A stretch of 12,915 bases of DNA, from assembly GCA_016839815.1 (NCBI GenBank), contig JAEOTM010000082.1, positions 1 to 12,915 of the forward strand, given 5' to 3'. Below, in pieces: positions 1 to 6,846 of the stretch (position 1 is the first letter of the stretch; every line of letters begins with the position of its first letter). Under the pieces are notes generated by a model, which was not told where the DNA came from, did not search any database, and was given only the letters and a program-made list of their open reading frames with translations. The translations under genes and the position numbers were made by a program. This DNA is from Candidatus Hodarchaeota archaeon. Lineage in GTDB: Archaea > Asgardarchaeota > Heimdallarchaeia > Hodarchaeales > Hodarchaeaceae.

Positions 1-57
1 GGTCAGGATGATTCCGAAGTAGTAGACGTTGATTATGAGATAGTTGATGAGGAATAA
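1..57 (+). CDS. dnaK: 3' end of Hsp70 chaperone DnaK (partial, 5' truncated)
   Basis: Frame 1 reads GQDDSEVVDVDYEIVDEE*, matching the acidic DnaK C-terminal tail (VVDADFEEV-like). It lies directly upstream of dnaJ. Confidence 0.85.
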   Translation, partial: GQDDSEVVDVDYEIVDEE

Positions 58-77
58 GGGAGATAATAGAAAAATAT

Positions 78-85
78 CAGGTGAT
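78..85 (+). promoter_or_regulatory. Shine-Dalgarno site (CAGGTGAT) of dnaJ
   Basis: Canonical archaeal GGTGAT at 80-85, 4 nt upstream of the in-frame CTG at 90. Confidence 0.7.
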
Positions 86-89
86 ATGA

Positions 90-1241
90 CTGAGCAATAA
101 TAACAAGCGCGATTATTACGAGGTTCTTGGTGTCCAAAGAGATACTAATGAAAAAGAGATTAAGAAAGCCTTTCGCAAGTTAGCAAGGAAATATCATCCT
201 GATATGAACCCCAACAATCCAGAAGCAGAAAAGCAATTTAAAGAAGTAGCTGAAGCGTTCGAAGTCCTTTCTGATGACCAGAAACGATCACTCTATGACC
301 GATATGGTCATGAAGGACTATCTGGAACCTCCTTTAGAGATTTTTCAGGAATGGGACTAGATGATCTATTTGGTGGTTTTGGAATATTTGATAGTATATT
401 TAATGCATTTGGTGGGGGAACACGAGCCCGAACTTCAGGCCCTCGCGCTAGACGTGGTCAGGATGTAAGACTCAATATTGATCTTTCTTTTGAAGATGCA
501 ATGAAAGGAATGAAAAAAACCATCAAAGTTCCTAATTGGGCTCAATGTCCTACTTGTCATGGAAATAGAGTCAAAGAAGGGAAATCACTTCTTAAGTGTA
601 GCACATGTGATGGAGTAGGGGAAGTGCGTCAAGTACAGAGAACTGCTTTTGGTCAGATGATTAATATTACAACTTGTCCAAAATGTCGCGGGGAAGGGGA
701 GATGTTAAAAAAAGGAACAGAGTGCAAAACGTGTAAAGGGGTCGGTAAGGTAAAACAATCAAGAACAGTGGAAGCTCAGATACCTGCGGGAGTTGATAAT
801 GGAACAAGAGTTGTAATACAAGGAGAAGGACGTCCTGGAGAATTGGGAGGACCTTCTGGAGATTTGTATTTAGTAATAAATGTATTTCCTCATCCATTTT
901 TCCAAAGAAATGGGGCAGATATACTTCTGGAATATCCGATTAGTTTTCTTGATGCAGTCTTAGGGACTAAATTGCTAATTCCTACAATAAATGGAAACGA
1001 AAAGATTACTATTAAACCTGGAACACCATCAGGAGAAGTAATAACTCTTAGAAAGAAAGGTGCTCCTTATCCGAATCGATCAGGGCATGGTGACATGCAT
1101 ATAGTTATTAATGTAAAATTTCCTAGAAAGTTAGAAAAAATTGTAAAACAAACATTAATCGAACTGCAAGAGTCAGATAAAACTGATTATGTATTTCGAG
1201 ACAATTCTGAATTAGCAAAATTCCTGCTTTCGCAAGAATAG
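90..1241 (+). CDS. dnaJ: Chaperone DnaJ (class A Hsp40); probable CTG start, extending the ORF-track start at 204
   Basis: The frame is open from 90: (L/M)[37 protein letters not shown] gives the J-domain with HPD. It is followed by a G/F-rich region, four CxxCxGx(G/R) zinc-finger repeats ([32 protein letters not shown]) and the C-terminal domain ([12 protein letters not shown]). Confidence 0.97.
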   Translation: MSNNNKRDYYEVLGVQRDTNEKEIKKAFRKLARKYHPDMNPNNPEAEKQFKEVAEAFEVLSDDQKRSLYDRYGHEGLSGTSFRDFSGMGLDDLFGGFGIFDSIFNAFGGGTRARTSGPRARRGQDVRLNIDLSFEDAMKGMKKTIKVPNWAQCPTCHGNRVKEGKSLLKCSTCDGVGEVRQVQRTAFGQMINITTCPKCRGEGEMLKKGTECKTCKGVGKVKQSRTVEAQIPAGVDNGTRVVIQGEGRPGELGGPSGDLYLVINVFPHPFFQRNGADILLEYPISFLDAVLGTKLLIPTINGNEKITIKPGTPSGEVITLRKKGAPYPNRSGHGDMHIVINVKFPRKLEKIVKQTLIELQESDKTDYVFRDNSELAKFLLSQE

Positions 1242-1250
1242 TTTTTTTTT
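1242..1250 (+). terminator. Oligo-T archaeal terminator after dnaK-dnaJ
   Basis: T9 immediately after the dnaJ TAG, in a 25-nt gap between convergent genes. Confidence 0.6.
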
Positions 1251-1266
1251 CATATTAACTGTTGCT

Positions 1267-2364
1267 TTATTCTCTAAGGGGATTCAATCTTCGTAATTTT
1301 GAGAGATTATGGATGCGGAATGTTTCCCACGGTGTATTCATCAGGATTTTCCAATTACTATAGCAAGAGCAGATTTTAGAGAAATTTTCAGGTAATTTTT
1401 CTTTCTGAACAGCTTTCTCGATAAGTTTAAGTACCAACTTATCACATTTTCCACAGTTATGAGCTCCTCGTTCTTTACCTCCTGCAGTGGGATCACAGAT
1501 TATAGTAGAATTTGGGAAAAGCTCGTTACTCATCTTTATCACTTGAAGAACGGTCCATAACCAAGGAGACTGGTACTCATTTTTTCTAAAGAGCTCATAG
1601 ATCAATGTCCCATTTTGTACATTGCATGGGTTTATTGAAATAACATCAGATCCCAAGTGTTGTGCATCGATTATTGTCTTGATTGCATCTCTTAATGCTT
1701 CTTGTTCATTAAGGAAAGGTGGTTTAATAAAAACGTAACTCTTTACAGTAATTCCTATTGAATGTAGATATTCTAAACTAGATTTAAAATTTTCTAAAGT
1801 TGTACCCTTATTCCAACAGTCTTGTAAGATTGCATTATTAGAGCTTTCCAATCCTAAACCAATCTCTAGAGATACATTTGAAAGTTGTTTGAGTAATTTT
1901 TCAATTACCTTTTTCTCCTTCAGGATGTATTCAGGTCTACATTCGACCGATAATTTGATAACTTTACCAGATTGTGTAATCAGGTCTATTAACAAGTCTC
2001 TTAATTCTTCTGGAACATCATCTTTATCGAAAAAACTCCCAGAGTTAAATATCTGCAATTCTAATGGTTTTGTATATTCTACATCAATAATTACCCTTGT
2101 TAATTCCTCTTTAATTAGTTTAATTGGGATTTTGTTCTCCCTTGAGGAATCATTCACATATCCACAGACAGAACATCCTCCACTTTCTGACAATGCCCAA
2201 CTACATCCTCTGGAAGGAATTAAAACTGTAATTATAAGTAAATTCTCTTTTTCGGATACGCTACTCCAGATTTTTGCATGTGATTTATCCGATATATGCG
2301 TTAAATAGTCTTGCCGAATTCCTTTAATTTTCCTAGTAAGGAGTGGATTTGTCTTATTAAGCAT
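1267..2364 (-). CDS. raSEA: Radical SAM enzyme for archaeosine formation (RaSEA, TIGR01210-type)
   Basis: Atypical radical SAM motif GCSWALSESGGCSVCG, plus IFNSGSFFD, VECRPEYI, IGLGLES, KPPFL, PWLWT and C-terminal RGAHNCGKCD. Overlaps the arcS stop by 8 nt. Confidence 0.9.
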   Translation of the reverse strand: MLNKTNPLLTRKIKGIRQDYLTHISDKSHAKIWSSVSEKENLLIITVLIPSRGCSWALSESGGCSVCGYVNDSSRENKIPIKLIKEELTRVIIDVEYTKPLELQIFNSGSFFDKDDVPEELRDLLIDLITQSGKVIKLSVECRPEYILKEKKVIEKLLKQLSNVSLEIGLGLESSNNAILQDCWNKGTTLENFKSSLEYLHSIGITVKSYVFIKPPFLNEQEALRDAIKTIIDAQHLGSDVISINPCNVQNGTLIYELFRKNEYQSPWLWTVLQVIKMSNELFPNSTIICDPTAGGKERGAHNCGKCDKLVLKLIEKAVQKEKLPENFSKICSCYSNWKILMNTPWETFRIHNLSKLRRLNPLRE

Positions 2365-4237
2365 TATTTTTCACCTTTTGACGAATCTTAACACCTAAAC
2401 CCCGAGGCATGTCCATCAATAATTTTCCGGGAAGATAAGCTACTCCAGTTGCAATAATCTCATTATCCCCATTAACTACGATTACTTCATCATTTATTCT
2501 AATCTCTTGATCAGCTTCTTTTATAGCATTAGCAAATATCGTAGTACCATTAATGATTTCGCCATCAAATCTAACTACATTGTTTGTTAGACCAAATATC
2601 CGCTTTGCTGCTTCAATAGATAGCGTTAATAATCCAGTTGTGGAGCGAAATGTCATTAAATGCTTTCCAGAAATTTGAATTCGAATACCTAGCTCTTTAT
2701 GTCCTTGCAACTTTGATTTTTCAGGAATAAGCACTTTTCCTATATCCCGTCCAAATTGGAAATCAGCTACAGTTCTTAAGAATTCTAACAGCTTGTTTCC
2801 TTTGGAAATTGGTTCAATATCTAAATTTTCTGAAATGAGATGACGAAACTTATATAAACTCTCTTTAGAGATAAGAGATGATTCTACCTCATCGATTAGA
2901 AATATTTCCCTGTTTAATTTTCTACATACATTAGCTAATACCTCTCCTTCTGTTCCCCTAACATATCCTATGAGTTGAATAGCTTCTGGAATTTTATTTA
3001 GAAACGCTTCGAGATCATGATGAAGTAGTTTTTTTTCCACTCCACTCCATTCACCAGTGACTGGAATGTCATAATGTGCAGCGGGGTATGTATATTCTAA
3101 TTCCCTTGGAACAACTCCCAAAGGACTAGTGAGTATTATTTCTGCAATCGAATGACGTTTACTCTTCAATGTTCTCCGAATGACTCTTTGGAAAGCCTGA
3201 TGTGATTTTGATTGAGAATATGGTTTTTTAGCCGAACAAGGAAGGAAAATAATCCCTTGGATATGTGATCCCAGCTGAAATCTATCTTTCACTCGTTTTC
3301 TAAACCGTGCAACTTCAGGTCGAGAAAAATCAGTCTGGTCTGTACAATAAAGCGATCCAGTACTGTAAATTGAACACCCTACATCAAGGGGAATTTGCTT
3401 ATCTATCAACCTGAGCAGTGTCTTCTGAGGAGGGTATGAATTGGAATAAATTCTAACCAAATCTCGGAGTTTTCCATTTTTTAGAGCAACTCTTGTACGT
3501 TTTAGGGCTAGAATAAATTCTTCCACTGAGTTTTCAATTTCTAATACAATATCTGAATTATTAGAAATAGAGCGATATGTAAAGTCAAATAAATCTACAC
3601 CTAAGTAAGCTAAGATTGGAAAGAATGAAGAAGGCACTCCAGGTGCATAGAGTAAAACATCAGGGGTAATTTTTTTACGTACAGAAGACAGATATGAAAG
3701 TAGAAATTTTGGGTGATTGAGGAAAGATGTAATATCTCCCAAACAAATGCCTTCTATGTTCAGCAAGGGGAGATTTTTCAAGGTGTTTACCTGAATGGAC
3801 TTGAAAGGAACGTTTATCATAAATTTGGAATTATTAATAATATTAGTTTTCGATACTAATTCGTTAACTCTTTTATAATAGTTTTTTCCATTATCAATAT
3901 AGATTTCAGGTAAATCCCAAGGAACTAAATTGAAGGAATTGTTTCTAGAAGTCAAGAATTCCTCGGATTTTGGAAAAAACTCTTCAATTTTAGTAAGCTG
4001 AGATAGTGATTTACCTTGCATCTGTAAAGATGGGTATATGTTACAGTTAGGATAAGAGACTGAGTCATGAAATTGAGGTTGAGAGGAAACGTGACTCATA
4101 ATGGTTTTTTTGATAGGATCTTTTATTACTTCATTTCTCTTATAGATATTTAGAAACGTAGGTGTTTCATAAGTTTTTCCCAGATTGAGGATACCAAGCC
4201 GCCCCAGTCCCTCTAACTTTTTGATTTCAAATGACAT
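2357..4237 (-). CDS. arcS: Archaeosine synthase subunit ArcS (TgtA2) with C-terminal PUA domain
   Basis: TGT-like N-terminus (GLGRLG...ETP, YLGVDLFD), ArcS motifs LPCSAKKPYSQSKSH and TSPLGVVPRELEYTYPAAHYDIPVTGEW, ADFQFG, and a PUA domain (IRINDEVIVV...IIATGVA). A GGTG SD lies upstream. Confidence 0.93.
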   Translation of the reverse strand: MSFEIKKLEGLGRLGILNLGKTYETPTFLNIYKRNEVIKDPIKKTIMSHVSSQPQFHDSVSYPNCNIYPSLQMQGKSLSQLTKIEEFFPKSEEFLTSRNNSFNLVPWDLPEIYIDNGKNYYKRVNELVSKTNIINNSKFMINVPFKSIQVNTLKNLPLLNIEGICLGDITSFLNHPKFLLSYLSSVRKKITPDVLLYAPGVPSSFFPILAYLGVDLFDFTYRSISNNSDIVLEIENSVEEFILALKRTRVALKNGKLRDLVRIYSNSYPPQKTLLRLIDKQIPLDVGCSIYSTGSLYCTDQTDFSRPEVARFRKRVKDRFQLGSHIQGIIFLPCSAKKPYSQSKSHQAFQRVIRRTLKSKRHSIAEIILTSPLGVVPRELEYTYPAAHYDIPVTGEWSGVEKKLLHHDLEAFLNKIPEAIQLIGYVRGTEGEVLANVCRKLNREIFLIDEVESSLISKESLYKFRHLISENLDIEPISKGNKLLEFLRTVADFQFGRDIGKVLIPEKSKLQGHKELGIRIQISGKHLMTFRSTTGLLTLSIEAAKRIFGLTNNVVRFDGEIINGTTIFANAIKEADQEIRINDEVIVVNGDNEIIATGVAYLPGKLLMDMPRGLGVKIRQKVKNNA

Positions 4238-4553
4238 TCATTTCTACACCGAATTTTCCCCTCGGTACTTGAAGGGATTCCTCGAAATTGATTCTTACTA
4301 GATACACGATCATAGATAAGGAGATTGGTTCCCAGTAATAATCTTGATTATCAAAAATATGAAATATAAGTCGCTGCAAAATTATGTTTCTACTTTTTCT
4401 ACTCAAATTTCTTGTCTTTTATATGCAAGAGTTGAATATTACCTACATATTATCTGGATTGAAAGAGGATGGGAGATGAGAATAAATAAGGAAAAAATTT
4501 ACTCCTTGATGTATTAATTATTTATCTTTATCTAAAAATCACATAAATTAAAA

Positions 4554-5975
4554 GTGAAATTTCCCTTGAGCTCTTCCCTTAGTAATACACAGATGATGGA
4601 ATATTTCCGTCCCAGAGGAAAAATCGTTTGTTTAGGAGATAAGATGAAACCAGAACTTGAGCTCGTAAAAAAGATATTAGACACATATAACGACAAGCGA
4701 ATACCTGTTCTTCTTCTTAGCTCTTCCACAAATCTTAGTGAATATGCTGATCAAGTAGTAATCTTTGACTCAGATTCGACAATAGCTCAAGTGCATAATC
4801 TCCTAAATTCCTCTTTCCTCTTTTTTCTATTTAATTCATCTGAAGAAGGAATATTGAGAATCTTGGGAACTATTTTAGCATCTATTGAATACAGAGGTAC
4901 AATCCCAATTTTTATTGATACTGGAAATGGCTTTCCGACCGAGCAAAAGAGAAATTTAGGAGAATGTTATTTTCATTTTGATTTGTTTGAAGAGATTAAT
5001 CAAAAGAATTTTTCAATATTCTTAGAAAGCGCAATCTCCGTTTTATCACCCACCTCAGGGCTTGGTATATCTTTCTCAGATTTAATACAGATTTTCGGGA
5101 AATCAGAAAGTCTATTTTATGGAATTTCTGAATCGAATCAGTTAGAAGATGTCCTTGAGGACTTAGTAAATCAGATTGGGGAAAAGTTAGTACACACATT
5201 ACCTGAGGAATTAGAACGTTTAGAAGCTATTTTTATTTCAGTAATCTCAGGAAATTCAATCAGTTTGCAAACTATGAATAAAATTACCTCTAAATTTGCT
5301 TCAACATTTGGAAGAGAATTCAATATCCATTTTTCTAACTCTGTAGAACCTGAGCTTCAGGGTTTTAAAGCATTAACAATACTTACAGATCTTCATCCTA
5401 TTAATGAAATATTCCCAGTAGCAAAGCCATTTCTAATGTTAGACTTCGAGAGTGAATCTGAAGATACATCAAATGAATTATCCTTCTCGAGTCATAAAGA
5501 GAACCCCTCCAAAGATGATGAAGAAGAGATGAGATTTCATATTCTGGGTAAAATCTTTTCTGAATCTGAAGTGTATATTTTTGATGATGGTGGCCTTCCC
5601 TTATTTGCAAGTCACCGGCCAGCAGGGCAAGAAGTTTGTCTGTATACAGGTTTGTTTTCTGCAATCCAGTCTATGAGTTCCGATTTAATAGGGCACTCCC
5701 CAGATCATCTTACCGCAGGGGATAAGGAATGTGTATTCGTTACACAGAAAGGCCCGAATCAAGTGCAGCTAAGGGGAGTAGCCATTTGTAATGGTGGACA
5801 TGAAGAAACAGCCAAGAATGACCTTAAAGTTTCAATGGATTTAGTCCATAGAATAATGCTTCAGGGAGAACCTGAATACGCTATAAATGATAAAATCCAA
5901 GCAATTCTTGTCAAAAGTTTTCAGAAAGGAGAACTCACAAATGGGTTATCCTTAGCCAAATATCAGGCGAGCTGA
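4554..5975 (+). CDS. Degenerate FtsZ/tubulin-fold protein fused to a C-terminal longin-like domain (start GTG 4554, or ATG 4593/4596)
   Basis: aa ~20-280 align by eye with FtsZ: DLFEEIN...GLGISFSDLIQIF vs FtsZ DAFGAAN...GLMNVDFADVRTVM, and AIFISVISGNSISL...IHFSNSVEPELQGFKALTILTDL vs GVLVNITAGFDLRL...VVIGTSLDPDMNDELRVTVVATGI. There is no GGGTGTG. An acidic linker spans aa ~297-325. aa ~337-460 carry the longin-type pattern VYIFDDGGLPLF...LYTGLFSAIQSMSSDL. Confidence 0.65.
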   Translation: MKFPLSSSLSNTQMMEYFRPRGKIVCLGDKMKPELELVKKILDTYNDKRIPVLLLSSSTNLSEYADQVVIFDSDSTIAQVHNLLNSSFLFFLFNSSEEGILRILGTILASIEYRGTIPIFIDTGNGFPTEQKRNLGECYFHFDLFEEINQKNFSIFLESAISVLSPTSGLGISFSDLIQIFGKSESLFYGISESNQLEDVLEDLVNQIGEKLVHTLPEELERLEAIFISVISGNSISLQTMNKITSKFASTFGREFNIHFSNSVEPELQGFKALTILTDLHPINEIFPVAKPFLMLDFESESEDTSNELSFSSHKENPSKDDEEEMRFHILGKIFSESEVYIFDDGGLPLFASHRPAGQEVCLYTGLFSAIQSMSSDLIGHSPDHLTAGDKECVFVTQKGPNQVQLRGVAICNGGHEETAKNDLKVSMDLVHRIMLQGEPEYAINDKIQAILVKSFQKGELTNGLSLAKYQAS

Positions 5976-5985
5976 AATCATCTAT

Positions 5986-6621
5986 TTATTTGGAAATCGA
6001 GTTTATCGCATTATTAGTATGAAAACGTTCATAGATTTTCTCTACGTATCCAAACTCTTCAATCAGTTCATGAATTCGTGTTGATTCAATATAGACTTCA
6101 GATGACCATAGGATCAAATATGCAGTAATGACGTGTATTTGAGGTGTAATGGATTCTTGTATTTCGAACACGATTTGTTTTCGGAGAGCTAGTTCGGTTT
6201 CATACATATCAATTATTTCTCGAATGGTATTTTGTGCCTGGTCGATAATTTCTAAATCATGGGGCCATTCAACTTTTTCTTTTACAGTACGATTTTTCGC
6301 TGGTTGAAGGATATCGCAATTGAAACTTGTCTCTATTTTTCTCATTTCTCGAATAACATCTTCAAAATGAGCAAGAAATTTATTTAATTCGAGAATATGT
6401 CTATTGATCGATTCAGCAAGGCGGAAAGCTAATCTTCCTTGTACATCATCGAATCGCGTTTTAACAGCTTCTGAGAAAACATCAGATCTCTGAGTCATGT
6501 TATATCTTGATAGAATATTCAATACCATATTTACTGTTCGTAATGACTGGCCCTGTACAGTAGTCCATTTTTTTTGAGAGATTTGAAGCCTCTTCTTAAA
6601 GACTCGTATACTCTGACTCAT
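5986..6621 (-). CDS. CINP/C1orf109(AIRIM)-like alpha-helical protein
   Basis: 211 aa, predicted all-helical. Motifs KWTTVQGQSLRTVNMVLNI, WP, DMYETELALRKQIVFEI and AYLILWSSEVYIES match, in order, the human CINP motifs as recalled (KWETLNDAGFTTANNIANL, WP, EMYRKELLLKRTVAKEL, SYLSMWLHQPYVES). Confidence 0.7.
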   Translation of the reverse strand: MSQSIRVFKKRLQISQKKWTTVQGQSLRTVNMVLNILSRYNMTQRSDVFSEAVKTRFDDVQGRLAFRLAESINRHILELNKFLAHFEDVIREMRKIETSFNCDILQPAKNRTVKEKVEWPHDLEIIDQAQNTIREIIDMYETELALRKQIVFEIQESITPQIHVITAYLILWSSEVYIESTRIHELIEEFGYVEKIYERFHTNNAINSISK

Positions 6622-6846
6622 GAACAGTCAATTCCGAATTTCTTGGACTCTATCCACAAATGAGGGAAAATATTTCCTCAAAACAGGAAGTGAAATTATT
6701 CCTTTAATATTATACCTAATGATTGCGGCATTGAATATGGCCATAGAAAATAATATATTCAAATGGTCTTTTCCCTTTCTTTTACCTAATTTCTTAGTAA
6801 ATTATTACACTAGTGAATAGAAGTAAATAATTTATATTAATCATAC

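Noticed and set aside
81-92. In-frame GTG-ATA-TGA-CTG suggesting UGA readthrough or selenocysteine at the dnaJ N-terminus
   Set aside because: The GTG is part of the SD sequence itself, there is no conserved Cys at this position in DnaJ, and no SECIS was recognised.
667-897. 76-aa minus-strand ORF
   Set aside because: Antisense shadow inside dnaJ with no recognisable motifs.
1889-2308. 139-aa plus-strand ORF
   Set aside because: Antisense to raSEA; Ser/Leu/Ile-rich composition typical of a shadow frame.
4532-5664. Three short minus-strand ORFs (4532-4729, 4996-5199, 5401-5664)
   Set aside because: All antisense to the 473-aa FtsZ-longin gene, with no independent support.
6620-6820. 66-aa plus-strand ORF in the divergent gap
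   Set aside because: Starts head-to-head overlapping the CINP-like start codon, leaving no promoter space. No SD or family motif; more likely promoter DNA.
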